Source: Planctomycetota bacterium
Lineage (GTDB): Bacteria > Planctomycetota > GCA-002687715 > CAIWVZ01
Direction: 5' to 3'
Length of the DNA stretch: 64,000 nucleotides
Assembly: GCA_044222185.1 (NCBI GenBank)
Contig: JBGANV010000012.1
Location: 64,001-128,000, forward strand
The translations under genes were made by a program, and so were the position numbers. Each line of letters begins with the position of its first letter. Position 1 is the first letter of the stretch. Of the stretch, positions 17,325-27,833 are shown piece by piece. Below the pieces are notes generated by a model, which was not told the origin of the DNA, ran no database searches, and saw only the letters and a list, made by a program, of their open reading frames with translations.

Positions 17325-18394
17325 CGTGGCCTCGGCTTCGGGAGTATTCGACAGAACGACGCAGGCGGTTCATCTCGCGGGAGGAAGCACGCCCGGACCG
17401 TCGCGCCGATTGTACGACCCTGAATGCGTTGTGAACCGGCGCGCCAGGGGCGCGGGGAAGCGCAGTTCTCTGAAGCGCCTGTCCTCCCGAGTTGGACGAC
17501 GATGATCGGCTGGGCGGACGGCGTCCCAGTTTGCAGCCCGCCACGGCTGCCGGCGCCAGGCACCGCGAGAGCGGCCAGCCGAGGTCGCCGAGGGCAAGGA
17601 CGCAGCGGGCCGCGTCACGTCCGTCCGAGCCGGACGCATTCGCCTCCACTGCGACGTCCTCCGGAACCGAGGTCGTCCCGGTGATGGGCCGGAGCTGAGC
17701 CTCCTCGCCGGCCTCGTCGAGTTCGAGCGTCTCCCCGAGCGCGCGGCGACTCGCGTCTCGCACGGCTCACCAACGACGCCGGAGGCTTCACCTTGCGGTT
17801 CGCCCGGTCCCCTGGCGCTGGGCCGCTTTGGATCCCTCCGGGCCAGCCCTGCCGTCCTGATCCGCGACGCCTCCACGCCCCGGGGCCGAGGTCGGAGGCC
17901 ATCGGGATCGCGGTCGAGACGGTGCGACCCGCTTCCGCAAGTCATGCGAACGGTCGGAGGGCGCCCTGACGTGACGAGCGTCCGCAGCCGCCACCGCGCC
18001 GGGCGCTCAGGCCGCTCGAAGTCTCCGCTCGTCTCGGCTGAAGCCGCCTTCGCGGGTCGCTTCTGGAGATTGATGAGACCGTGTCACTTCCGCGTCAACC
18101 GCGACGCTTTGTGAGTGTGATTCGGAAGGCGGTCGAAGGGAACTCGAGGCCATCCCGCCTCGCCTCTCTGCCGCTGGAGTGATCCACAATTCCTGTTCCT
18201 GCCGTTTGCGCGGATCTGCGCTGCGGCCCCATTCCGGCGTGCGTCGTCGTCAGCTGTCGTCCACTGGCGGCGTTGCAAGTCGCCTGCCAGACTCCGCGCG
18301 CGAAAACGTGCGACTCGATCGCCCGTGCGCGCCTTCGTCTTTGCCGTCGAAGTTCCGTTCGTTCTGAACCCCCACCGTTGAGTTGGAGTCATCG

Positions 18395-21300
18395 ATGACC
18401 GCTCGATCCGTTCGTGGCGTTCTGCAATCCCCCGGGTCCGCCTGGTCGAGGCCGATCGCCGGTCTCGTACTGGCGGTCTTGCTGACGTCGGCCTCGGCCC
18501 TCGGCCAGGCCACATGGACCGGCACGGTCTCGACGAACTGGGACACGGCCGGTAACTGGTCCACGAATGCCATCCCGTCGTCCACGACGGACGTCACGAT
18601 CAACCAGCTCGCCGGACCCACTCCCAACTACCCGTCGACGCTGAATGCGGCGACCCCGACTTGCCGCAACCTCACGGTGAACGCGGGGGCGACGCTCACG
18701 ATCACGCTCCTCCACGACGTCCGCGCCGATGGATCGGTGACCAACTCCGGCACGATCAGCGGCGTCGGTGGCATCCTCATGACGGGGACGCTGGCGGCGA
18801 CGCTTGGTGCCGGCAACTACGGCTCGGTGACCATCCAAAAAACCGGCGCGGCGAGCGTCACGACGAGCGGTGTCGTCAACGTCGCGACGGCCATGGTCGT
18901 CACGTCGGGGACGTTGAACGTGAACTCCACGCTGCACGTGCTGTCGAGCGGCGTCGCCACGTTCTCCGGCGGAACCGTGAGCGGAAACTCGGCAGGTCTC
19001 CTCGACTGCGACGGCAACGTCGCGTGGAGTGGCGCCACGTGCACCACGCCCCCATCGGCCATCTCGTGCGCGGGGAACTGGACCGCCGACGTGAACTTCA
19101 ACCCGGGCTCCGGCACGGTGACGTTCGACGGCGCGGGCGCGGCGCAGACGATTTCCGCGAGCGGTGCGAACGCACGCTTCTCTGCCCTGACGATCGGCAC
19201 GGTCTCCGTGACGAACGTGGGATTCAGCTCACCGGTCCTGGTTGCGGGCACGCTCTCGATTCAGGGGACCTTCTCGGCGTCGGGCGCTGGAACCCTCGAT
19301 TGCAACGGAACTGCGACCGTGCTGAACGGCGGAGCGTTCAATACGGGTGCGGCAAGCCACACCTTCGCGAGCAGCCTGACGGTATCCGGCACGATCGGCG
19401 GAACGGGCACGTTCGTCTTCGATGGGACGTCCAATGCGTCCGTCGTCGGCGCCGTGAACCCGGCGTCGGCGCTCAAGAACGTGACGTGCGCCAAGTCGAC
19501 GACGTCGATCCTGACGTTCACGAGCCCCCTCACGATGAACGGCCAGTTCACCGTGACATCCGGGCAGGTGGCCTTCGGCAACGTCACCGTCAACGGCAAC
19601 GCGGCCTTCAACGGCGGTTCCGTTTCCGGCGGCACGCTCACGGTGAACGGCAACGTGAACTTCGCGGGAACGGCGGCGACGAGCACGCTCTCGATCGACT
19701 GCAACGGGAACTGGACGTCCGACTCCGGGTTTGCTCCCACCGGGGGCACCGTGTCGTTCATCGGCGGCGGCACGAAGACGGTGACGGGCACCAACGTGGC
19801 CTTCGCGAACTTGAACATCACCGGCGGAACCACGGTGAACGTGAACGTCCCGATCGCCGTCCAGGTCTCGCTGACGAGCCAGGGGACCGTCAACGCCAAC
19901 GCGGTCTTCGACGTGAACGGATCGGCGAACTTCTCCGCTGGCACGTTCAACGCAGGCAACTTCACGCACACGTTCGCCACGTCGCTGACGATTGCGAACA
20001 CGACTCTGAATGCGACGGGCACGTTCCAGTTCGACGGCTTCTCGACGGGGAGCGTGAGCTCGACGGCGAACCTGCCGAACGTCGTCGTCGTGAAGAACGG
20101 CGGCGCGGGCTTCAGCATGACCGGTACGACGGTGATCGACGGCGTGCTGACGCTGAACTCGGGCGTCCTCACGGGCCAGACCGTGAACGTCATCAACAAC
20201 CACGATGCGATCTTCGCAGGCGGCATCTACGACGGTTCGAACCAGATGAGCGTCAGCGGGAACGTGAACTTCTCTGGCTCGCTGTGCAACCAGGTAGGAA
20301 GCCTGGTCGTCACGGGGAACTGGACGGCGAATGCGTTCTTCGCGCCCGTGTCCGGCCTGGTGACGTTCACGGGCAGCCCGCGCCAGATCTCGGGCACGGC
20401 GGCCAAGTTCAACGACCTCGTGATCAATGCCGGCGCGACGGTCTCCACCTTCCTTCCGGTGTTCGTCGGCGGGACGTTGACCGTGGCCGGGTTCTTCCAG
20501 GTCAACAACGCTCTCGATTCGAACGGCAACGTCACGGTGACGACGTCCGGGAACCTCCAACTCGGCAGTGCGACCCACAGCATGGGTGCGAGCCTCGCCG
20601 TCAACGGACAGATGAGCTCGACGGGACCGTTCGTCTTCGACTCCGCCTCCGCCGGCACCGTTGCAGGGTCGGCGTCCCAGACCCTCCAGCTCCCCTCGGT
20701 CACCGTGGCGAAGTTCCCCGGCGTCTCCCTCACGCTGAACGGGAACCTGGCGATCAACGGCTCTCTGGCGCTGACGTCGGGCGTCCTCATCGTGGCTGGA
20801 ACGAACTCGGTCTCGGGAACGGCGACGTTCACGGCCGGGCAGCTCATCGATGCGAATCCGGTGTTCGGGTCGGTCGGCACGCTGAACGTGGCGAGTCACG
20901 TCGTCTTCAATGGTGCCTTGTCCAACACACCGCCGAACATCACGTGCGGGGGTGACTTGACGGTTCACCCGTCTTTCAGCCCGAACATCGGCACGGTGAC
21001 GATGAACAGCGTCGTCCCGCGCCAGATCGTCGGCAGCACGGCGCGGTTCAAGAACCTGACCATCGCGAGCACCTCGACGATCACGACGGCGCTGGACGTC
21101 CTCGTGCGCGCTGATCTAACGGTCGCCGGCGGTTTGACGATCGCAGGAGCGCTGACCGTCGACGGAAACTGCAACGTCACCGGAGGGTTGTTCCCCGGCG
21201 CCGCCGTGCACCGTTTCCGCACGAGCTTCATCGTCGCCGCGCCGGGAGGCATCCTGAACGCGAGTCCCGGCGCGTCGTTCATCCTCGAAGGACCGAACAC

Positions 21301-24300
21301 GGCCACCTTCCGGGTGAACTCCGTGTGGACGTCGCCCCCCGTCGCCATTGCGAAGTCCACGAACGCGAGTGTCTCCATCGACGCGGCGACGAACGTGAAC
21401 GGCGGATTCACGCTCACGAGCGGGAACCTCACGGTGAGCCAGCCGGTCACGGTGACGGGAAACTCCGCGTTCCACGGCGGGACGGCTTCTTTCACGGCGT
21501 TGTTCGCATCGGGCGGAGTCACGTTCGATGGGTGCTTCTGCACCGGTACGGCCAACGTGCAATGCTCCGGCGATTGGAATGCGAACCTCGGGTTCAATCC
21601 TGCCGCTGGCACCGTCACGTTCGCCGGCACGGGGACTCGGACGGTGACGGGGTCGGCTCTCTTCTTCCAGAACGTCGTCATCCAGGGAGGAACGAGCATC
21701 ACCACGAATCAGGATCTCCACATCCGTGGCGACCTGAGCGTGGGAGGATTCTCGCAGCTCACGACGACGGCCGTGCTCGATCTCGACGGCGACCTGACTG
21801 CGGCTGCCCTGTCGACGCTCGCGCTGGGCAACCAGACGCACACGTTCGGCGGAAGCTTCACGACGATCGGCTTCGTCAGCGCTCCGGGCGGTACGTTCGT
21901 GTTCGATGGAACGAACAACAGCTCGAGCCCGATCCCGCTGATCTCCTCGACGCTGTCGTCGTTCCCGAACGTGATCATCACGAAGGTGGGGTCGATCGTC
22001 CTCAACCCGGTGGCGACGCCGCAGGCGCCGCTCGTGATCAGTGGAACGCTCACGGTGCAGCAGGGCATCGTCTCGATCGCGGCGTTGGTGTCCGTCAGCT
22101 CGAACGCGCTGTTCAACGGAGGACTCTTGACCGGAAACGGCACGCTCGACGTCGCTGGCAACGTGGTGTTCGACGGGACGAGCGTCTCGAACAGCCCGAA
22201 CATCAACTGCGCGGGCAACTGGACGGCGCACCCGAACTTCACGGGCACGTCCGGCGTCGTGACGTTCACGGGCGCGGCGCTGCAGACGATCATCGGATCG
22301 TCGGCGGCGTTCGGAAGCGTCGTCCTCGCCCCAGGTGCGTCCGTGAGCACGAACCTGGACCTCACGGTTGGGGGGAGCTTCGCGCTGTCCGGCGGCGCGA
22401 GCCCGGCAACGCCCACGAGCTTCACGACTACCGCGAGCGTGAACATCCGCGGTGCCGTGACCGTGGCCACCAACGCCAATTTCGCCCTGGGATCGTCGAC
22501 GCTCCATCGCTTCGGTGGTGCGTTCGCGAACTCGGGCAACATGACGGCGTCGGGACGCTTCACGTTCGATGGGACCGGTACCGTGACGTCCACGTCGCAG
22601 CTTCCCGAGACGGTCGTGGCTGGCACGAGCGTCACACTCTCGGCGCTGCCGCTGACGGCCCTGAACGTGAACGGACCGCTGTCACTGACGGCTGGGTTCC
22701 TCACCGTCGCTGGGACGCTCGGCGTGACCTCGGCCGGCAATGCCGTGCTGACCGGCGGTGAGATCCAGGGAACGAACAGCCTCCTCACCGTCAACGGCGA
22801 CGTACTCGTGAACGGGACGATCGCTCAAACGCCACCGCGCATCATTTGTCGCGGGAACTGGAGCTCGAGTCCCACGTTCGACCCGGCCGTGGGAACGGTC
22901 GAACTCCGCGGCACGGTCCTCACGACGGTGTCGTCGACGGTTCCGGCGCTCCCCGTGAATTTCCACGATCTGGAGATCCACGAAGGGCTGCGGCGCTTCA
23001 CGACCCCGGTGCAGGCGACGGGGGCGACGATCCTCCTGCAGAGCAACGCCGCGCTGAACATCGCATCTGGCGGCAGTCTCAAGTGTTTCGGGGTGACGTT
23101 CACTGCGAACGGCAACCTTCAGATCGACGGTGGCGGCCAGCTCCAGCTCGACGGCGCGTCGTCCGTCTCGGTGAACCCGAGCGGTGCGTTGCGCCTGCTC
23201 GGCAGTGCGAGCGCGCTCGCGTCCATCGACGGCATCGGCGGCGGCGGTTACTCGTTCACCGTGAGCGGTCTGCTCGAAGCCCAGCACTTCATCATCCGTC
23301 GCCCCGGTGCGAACGGATTCGTGATCACCGCGAATGCGTTGATCGGCACGACGCCGCTGGATTTCCGCAACGGCACCTTCGATTTCCCGAAGAACACCAT
23401 CGGCGCCACGTTGCTGACGGTGACGCGCAACAACCCGACGACGTTCGCGAGCCTGACGTTCCAGAACTCGAACAACTCCGTGGGCACGTTCAACGTCACG
23501 GACACGACGGGTTCGTTCGTCACGATGCAGAACGCGACGGGCGCATTCTCCGGGCCGGCGTTCGAAAGCGACCCGAACAATCTGGTGAGCTGGACGTCGA
23601 GCACGCTCACGACTCTCGCGAGCTTCACCGCGACGCCGGGTCCGAACCAGGTCACCGTGTCGTGGACGACGATCGTCGAGAGCGGCGTCACGAGTTACGC
23701 GCTCGAGCGCGCGACGAGCATCGGCGGGCCGTTCGTCCTCAGTGTGAACCTGCCGACGACCGGCGTCGGTCACACCTACACGCGAGTCGAGCCCGCGCTG
23801 CTGCCCGGTCAGCAGTACTTCTGGCGGTTGAATGAAGTCATCGGGGTCACGCCCACGGTTCTGGGGACGATCTCGGCGACGCCGTTCAGCGCGGCGCCTC
23901 CGGCCAACCTGCTCACGGTGAGTTCTGGCGGCCCGTTCACGACGATCCAGGCCGCGGTCACGGCAGCGACGCTGCCGAACACCGTCATCCGGGTGTCGCC
24001 GGGAACCTATCCGTCGTTCACGGTGAACAACCCCCCGGTCGGGTTGCTCAAGATCGTCGGCAACGGCGGCATCGTGAACATCGGGACGGCCGCGGGCCCC
24101 GTGACGATCTCGAACGTCGGCGTCAACAGCCAGGTCGAACTGAGTGACTTCGCCATCGATCCGCTCGGTGGGTCGGTGAACACGGGGTTGCTCGTTTCGA
24201 ACTGCGCGGGAGTCGTCGTTCTCGACGAGATGTCGGTGCAGGGCGCGGCCGGTCAGCCGGGCGTGCGCGTCACCGGCTCGCCCAAGGTTGCGATCCAACG

Positions 24301-24829
24301 ATCGCAGTTGAACGGCACCCAGGGGCTGCGACTCGAGGCGAACTCGATCGTCTACGCGAGCCGCGGTGGCACGAACTCCATCACGGTGACGGGCAACTCG
24401 ACGCTCACGAGCTGCCAGTTCACGTCGGTGAACGCGCCGACGATCGTGGCGGGGTCGACGCACAACGCCGTTCCAGGCTTGATGCCCGACCTGCAGATGC
24501 CGGAGCTCAGCTCGATCGGCTCGCAGGTCACGGCAAACGTGCAGTCGTTCGGGAGCTCGCTCTGGTTGCTCGCGCTGCAGACGCAGTTCGACTACCTGCG
24601 GCTCGAGCCCGCGGTCGACATGGTCGTCATGATCAACCCGTTCTCGCCCACGTTCACGGTGATGACCTCGGCCGTCTCCGACCTCGCCGGCAACGGCAGC
24701 TTCACGTTCTTCGTGACGCAGGACGGGAGCCTGCTCGGGGCATCGTTCGTGTTCCAGGTCGCTGCGTTCAACATCGCGGGCGGAGCGCCTCGCGTGTCGA
24801 ACGCCGTCTCGGTCACGCTGACGCCGTGA
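18395..24829 (+). CDS. Giant (about 2140 aa) secreted beta-helical repeat protein / putative adhesin
   Basis: Signal peptide ending ASALG-Q. N-cap WTGTVSTNWDTAGNW. Seven repeats of about 210 aa. Ig/FN3-like SFTA...VSWTT..E...LER module. TTIQAAV...VSPGTY beta-helix. Shared C-terminal domain. Confidence 0.85.
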   Translation: MTARSVRGVLQSPGSAWSRPIAGLVLAVLLTSASALGQATWTGTVSTNWDTAGNWSTNAIPSSTTDVTINQLAGPTPNYPSTLNAATPTCRNLTVNAGATLTITLLHDVRADGSVTNSGTISGVGGILMTGTLAATLGAGNYGSVTIQKTGAASVTTSGVVNVATAMVVTSGTLNVNSTLHVLSSGVATFSGGTVSGNSAGLLDCDGNVAWSGATCTTPPSAISCAGNWTADVNFNPGSGTVTFDGAGAAQTISASGANARFSALTIGTVSVTNVGFSSPVLVAGTLSIQGTFSASGAGTLDCNGTATVLNGGAFNTGAASHTFASSLTVSGTIGGTGTFVFDGTSNASVVGAVNPASALKNVTCAKSTTSILTFTSPLTMNGQFTVTSGQVAFGNVTVNGNAAFNGGSVSGGTLTVNGNVNFAGTAATSTLSIDCNGNWTSDSGFAPTGGTVSFIGGGTKTVTGTNVAFANLNITGGTTVNVNVPIAVQVSLTSQGTVNANAVFDVNGSANFSAGTFNAGNFTHTFATSLTIANTTLNATGTFQFDGFSTGSVSSTANLPNVVVVKNGGAGFSMTGTTVIDGVLTLNSGVLTGQTVNVINNHDAIFAGGIYDGSNQMSVSGNVNFSGSLCNQVGSLVVTGNWTANAFFAPVSGLVTFTGSPRQISGTAAKFNDLVINAGATVSTFLPVFVGGTLTVAGFFQVNNALDSNGNVTVTTSGNLQLGSATHSMGASLAVNGQMSSTGPFVFDSASAGTVAGSASQTLQLPSVTVAKFPGVSLTLNGNLAINGSLALTSGVLIVAGTNSVSGTATFTAGQLIDANPVFGSVGTLNVASHVVFNGALSNTPPNITCGGDLTVHPSFSPNIGTVTMNSVVPRQIVGSTARFKNLTIASTSTITTALDVLVRADLTVAGGLTIAGALTVDGNCNVTGGLFPGAAVHRFRTSFIVAAPGGILNASPGASFILEGPNTATFRVNSVWTSPPVAIAKSTNASVSIDAATNVNGGFTLTSGNLTVSQPVTVTGNSAFHGGTASFTALFASGGVTFDGCFCTGTANVQCSGDWNANLGFNPAAGTVTFAGTGTRTVTGSALFFQNVVIQGGTSITTNQDLHIRGDLSVGGFSQLTTTAVLDLDGDLTAAALSTLALGNQTHTFGGSFTTIGFVSAPGGTFVFDGTNNSSSPIPLISSTLSSFPNVIITKVGSIVLNPVATPQAPLVISGTLTVQQGIVSIAALVSVSSNALFNGGLLTGNGTLDVAGNVVFDGTSVSNSPNINCAGNWTAHPNFTGTSGVVTFTGAALQTIIGSSAAFGSVVLAPGASVSTNLDLTVGGSFALSGGASPATPTSFTTTASVNIRGAVTVATNANFALGSSTLHRFGGAFANSGNMTASGRFTFDGTGTVTSTSQLPETVVAGTSVTLSALPLTALNVNGPLSLTAGFLTVAGTLGVTSAGNAVLTGGEIQGTNSLLTVNGDVLVNGTIAQTPPRIICRGNWSSSPTFDPAVGTVELRGTVLTTVSSTVPALPVNFHDLEIHEGLRRFTTPVQATGATILLQSNAALNIASGGSLKCFGVTFTANGNLQIDGGGQLQLDGASSVSVNPSGALRLLGSASALASIDGIGGGGYSFTVSGLLEAQHFIIRRPGANGFVITANALIGTTPLDFRNGTFDFPKNTIGATLLTVTRNNPTTFASLTFQNSNNSVGTFNVTDTTGSFVTMQNATGAFSGPAFESDPNNLVSWTSSTLTTLASFTATPGPNQVTVSWTTIVESGVTSYALERATSIGGPFVLSVNLPTTGVGHTYTRVEPALLPGQQYFWRLNEVIGVTPTVLGTISATPFSAAPPANLLTVSSGGPFTTIQAAVTAATLPNTVIRVSPGTYPSFTVNNPPVGLLKIVGNGGIVNIGTAAGPVTISNVGVNSQVELSDFAIDPLGGSVNTGLLVSNCAGVVVLDEMSVQGAAGQPGVRVTGSPKVAIQRSQLNGTQGLRLEANSIVYASRGGTNSITVTGNSTLTSCQFTSVNAPTIVAGSTHNAVPGLMPDLQMPELSSIGSQVTANVQSFGSSLWLLALQTQFDYLRLEPAVDMVVMINPFSPTFTVMTSAVSDLAGNGSFTFFVTQDGSLLGASFVFQVAAFNIAGGAPRVSNAVSVTLTP
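19067..22920 (+). repeat. Seven degenerate intragenic repeats, period 609-645 nt
   Basis: Anchor CxG(N/D)W...F.P..GTVTF.G at 19067, 19700, 20309, 20945, 21563, 22208 and 22847. Confidence 0.8.
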
Positions 24830-24836
24830 AATCGCA

Positions 24837-24913
24837 CCGGCGCGCCGAGGGGAATGTCGGCGCGCCGGGTGCGGACGATGCTGCGGTCGCAGGTCAGGGG
24901 GGCCTGCGACCGC
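24837..24913. terminator. Two hairpins between convergent genes (bidirectional terminator candidates)
   Basis: CCGGCGCGCCGA/TCGGCGCGCCGG (24837-24868) and GCGGTCGCAGG/CCTGCGACCGC (24883-24913). No U-tracts. Confidence 0.55.
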
Positions 24914-24920
24914 GGCCTCG

Positions 24921-26249
24921 TCACGGAGTGTTCAGGTTCCAGACCATGTCGGAGGCCGACACGCAGCCGTAGCCGGGCACGAGGCTCGGGTTCACGAGCG
25001 GGAGCTGGTTCTGGAGATCGATGAAGGCGGTCGACGGGCTCGCGATCGTTCCGCAGCCGGGAGTGCCCGAGAATGGCACGCCGAAGACGGCCGAGATCCC
25101 GGCGCCGACGGCCACGTGGATCGGCCACTGCGCGGCCGAGCACGGGTCGGTGTAACTGATCACGCTGAAGTAGCTCGTGAGGTGGCCGGACCACGGGTAC
25201 CGCGTCAGGCCGCCCCACGTTCCGATGTTGTGCGCGATCATTCCGGTCGCGGCGACGGGCGTTCCGGCGATCGGCACGGAGTTGAACGGCCACGAGACCG
25301 CCGGTGGGCAGCAGACGCCGCCGGTGAGGGTCTGGTTCTCGTAGCAGACCTGACCGGCGCAGGTCGTCGCTCCCGTGGTGCAGATGTTCGTTCCGACGGC
25401 GCACAGGCACCCGGCGTTCGACGTCGTCGTCAACGAGCTGCCGAACGTGTTCACCTTGCCTTCCGTGCTGCACGCATAGAAGAACGCGGGGATCAGGCGA
25501 AGCATCGAGGGTCGCACGGCGTCGCCGATCAGCGGGCCCTGTGGCGCCAGGCCGATGCCGAAGTTGAACGGGGCCGGGCCAACGAGGTGGTAGCTCGTGC
25601 CGTTGTGGGCGACGTTCCCCGACAGGGGGACGCACGACCACGGCGCATGGCAGATGCAGCCCTGGTTGTGGTTCAGGCTGATGACTGCGTTGAACGGGTT
25701 GGTGGAACTCGTCGGGTCGCAGGCGTAGTCGATGTGGCCGTCGAAGTGGACGGGGAGGGGCGGCGTCGCGTACGCGCATGCCGGCAGGTTCGACGCGCAC
25801 GGCCCGGCAGTCCCGAGCGGCGTGCATTGGAGGTCACCATTGACGAGGAATCGCCACACCTGGCCGGCGAGGCCCGATGGCGCGACGTCGAGCCACGTGC
25901 GGGCGTACTTCGCAAAGAGGTTCCCCGTGATCGTGTGGCCGCCGGTCGACGCGCTGCTCGGCAGGAACGTGGCGCTCACGGGAATGATGGCGAAGTCGCA
26001 CAGCACCATGATCGGCGGGCTGATCTGCACGTTGACGAGGTTTTGGGCAGAGACGGTGCATCCGGTGAACCGCGCGTAGTTCGCCGTCATCGTCACGGCC
26101 GGGAACGGTGGGATGTTGGTTGTGGGGATCCCGCAGCATCCGGTGTCGAATCCGTCATCGCCGATCGCGCAGCCCTGGGCGTGGACCGAGGGCGCGATCG
26201 CCATGAAAGCCGCAACCGCGGCCGCGAGTGTCAAGTTCGATCGGGACAT
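24921..26249 (-). CDS. Cysteine-rich secreted hypothetical protein
   Basis: GGAAGGA RBS. Signal peptide MSRSNLTLAAAVAAFMAIAPSVHA-Q. About 23 Cys in 442 aa. Confidence 0.8.
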   Translation of the reverse strand: MSRSNLTLAAAVAAFMAIAPSVHAQGCAIGDDGFDTGCCGIPTTNIPPFPAVTMTANYARFTGCTVSAQNLVNVQISPPIMVLCDFAIIPVSATFLPSSASTGGHTITGNLFAKYARTWLDVAPSGLAGQVWRFLVNGDLQCTPLGTAGPCASNLPACAYATPPLPVHFDGHIDYACDPTSSTNPFNAVISLNHNQGCICHAPWSCVPLSGNVAHNGTSYHLVGPAPFNFGIGLAPQGPLIGDAVRPSMLRLIPAFFYACSTEGKVNTFGSSLTTTSNAGCLCAVGTNICTTGATTCAGQVCYENQTLTGGVCCPPAVSWPFNSVPIAGTPVAATGMIAHNIGTWGGLTRYPWSGHLTSYFSVISYTDPCSAAQWPIHVAVGAGISAVFGVPFSGTPGCGTIASPSTAFIDLQNQLPLVNPSLVPGYGCVSASDMVWNLNTP

Positions 26250-26367
26250 GGTCGTTCCTTCCGGACGGCGGCTTCGGGCCGGTGTGGCGTGGCCCGGGGG
26301 GATGTCCGGTCGCCCGTCGTCCGTGGGTGAATGACGGGCGGGGCGGGAATTTGGACAAGAAGCGCGC

Positions 26368-26618
26368 CGGGAATTTCCGCGGGGTCGAACCCCCGCCGGT
26401 CCAGCCGCGCTGGATCGCGGCATTCGACGAATCTGAAAACGGCGGGAGCGCCAGGCTCCAGCCTGGCCGGCTGGGCACGCACCAGCGTGCCCGGGCCCCG
26501 CCACAGCCGTTCGAGTGCACGAGGCCGCGCGTCCCGGAGTCATCGCCGGTCGCGGCCCGTCGGGAACCCCGGCGGGGTCGAACCCCCGCCGGGTCAGCCG
26601 CGCTGGCGCGCGGCGTTC
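26368..26618. repeat. Two copies of a 58-bp double-hairpin element
   Basis: 26368-26425 and 26561-26618 match at 49/58 positions without gaps. Core GCGGGGTCGAACCCCCGCCGG..CAGCCGCGCTGG..CGCGGC. Confidence 0.8.
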
Positions 26619-26625
26619 AGAAGCC

Positions 26626-27741
26626 TCAGAACAGGAGGTAGTGCGCAGCCGTCAGAACGACGGGCGAGCACGGACCCGACGTCTGATAGACGAGGCCCTG
26701 AATGGCGGCGAACAACCCGGCGGGCATGTTCGACGTCGAGAAGCTGAGGGTCGCCGTGCCGGCCGCGTTCAGGTGGCAGAGCGAGTTCAGGAGGCCAGGC
26801 TGAACGCCGTCGAACACGAGGTTGAGGCCACCGAGCCCGATGTCGACGAATCCGATGCAGCCCGCGTTCAGGCTGAGCGGGGCCGGCGTGCTCGCGAAGA
26901 GCGCGAACGGCGCGTTCGCAGGACCGGACCACGTCATCGTGAGCGTTCCCGGCTGCGACAACGTCTGGGCGAACGGTGCATTGCACGGATTGGTGCCCAG
27001 CCCGTTCACCAGCAGGCTGGCGGCGAGGCTGTTCGCTTGACCGTTCACCGGGCACGTTCCGACGACGACGACGTTGTCGACGAAGGCTGGAGAGGACACG
27101 GCCGTATCACCGCGGTTGCCGACGATGCAGATGAGGCGCAGCGCCATGCCGGAGACGTAGCCAGGCACCGACGACATCGAGATGACGGCGGTCTTGACGC
27201 CGGCGGGCGCAGGCTCCGAGCCGGCGAACGCGAGCGGCAACGTGACACCAGCGTTCGGGCACGCCGGGGCCAACGTCGTGTGCGTGTCGACATAAACCAC
27301 GTCCGCGAGCCAGACGGGCGTCGCCGGCGTGGTGACGTCATACAGCGACACTTGGAAGAAGTCGTTGTAGGTCGCCTGGTTGGCGCCTTCGTTGTTGAGC
27401 CACGTCCAATCGATGGACACGGTTGCAACCGGGCTACCGGCGCCGAAGTCCTGATAGATCCATCCGCCCATCAGCGCCGGAGGAGCGACCTGGCATCCCG
27501 AGGTGTACTGCGTGCCGCCAACCGCATCGAGCCGCGCATAGTTCAAGCCGTTCGACGGGAACCCGTTCAACGCGGCAGTATCGACGGTGGACGACCCGCC
27601 ACCGCCCTCGATCCACGCGCCCGAGAACGTCGTGCCGGCCGTCTGGCTCTCGAAACTGCCATCGCTGAGCTGTGCGAACGTCGGTGCAACGAGAAGACCT
27701 GAGATGATCACCGCGGCAACGCGGCTGCTGAGCAACTTCAT
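26626..27741 (-). CDS. Secreted hypothetical protein (CBM-like jelly-roll N-domain + shared C-terminal domain)
   Basis: AGGAG RBS. Signal peptide ending PTFA-Q. LSDGSFES...FVDNVVV jelly-roll-like bracket. C-terminal ...AIQGLVY...VLTAAHYLLF. Confidence 0.8.
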   Translation of the reverse strand: MKLLSSRVAAVIISGLLVAPTFAQLSDGSFESQTAGTTFSGAWIEGGGGSSTVDTAALNGFPSNGLNYARLDAVGGTQYTSGCQVAPPALMGGWIYQDFGAGSPVATVSIDWTWLNNEGANQATYNDFFQVSLYDVTTPATPVWLADVVYVDTHTTLAPACPNAGVTLPLAFAGSEPAPAGVKTAVISMSSVPGYVSGMALRLICIVGNRGDTAVSSPAFVDNVVVVGTCPVNGQANSLAASLLVNGLGTNPCNAPFAQTLSQPGTLTMTWSGPANAPFALFASTPAPLSLNAGCIGFVDIGLGGLNLVFDGVQPGLLNSLCHLNAAGTATLSFSTSNMPAGLFAAIQGLVYQTSGPCSPVVLTAAHYLLF

Positions 27742-27833
27742 CGATTCACTCCTATTGGAAACACTCTTCGGACTGACCGCGACTGCGCTTTCGCTCGCTG
27801 CGGGCGGACTACGGCAAGGTCCGGAGGGGCGGG

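Noticed and set aside
17325-18394. 1-kb gap as an ncRNA or hidden gene
   Set aside because: No recognisable RNA motif, repeat or convincing ORF. Likely a divergent promoter region.
18395-24829. Classical autotransporter or RTX protein
   Set aside because: No C-terminal 12-strand barrel ending in an aromatic residue and no GGxGxD repeats.
26368-26618. tRNA fragment, integron attC or mini-CRISPR reading of the 58-bp repeat
   Set aside because: GGTTCGA resembles a T-loop but no cloverleaf forms. There are no RYYYAAC/GTTRRRY ends or integrase. There are only two copies, with a 135-nt gap and no cas genes.
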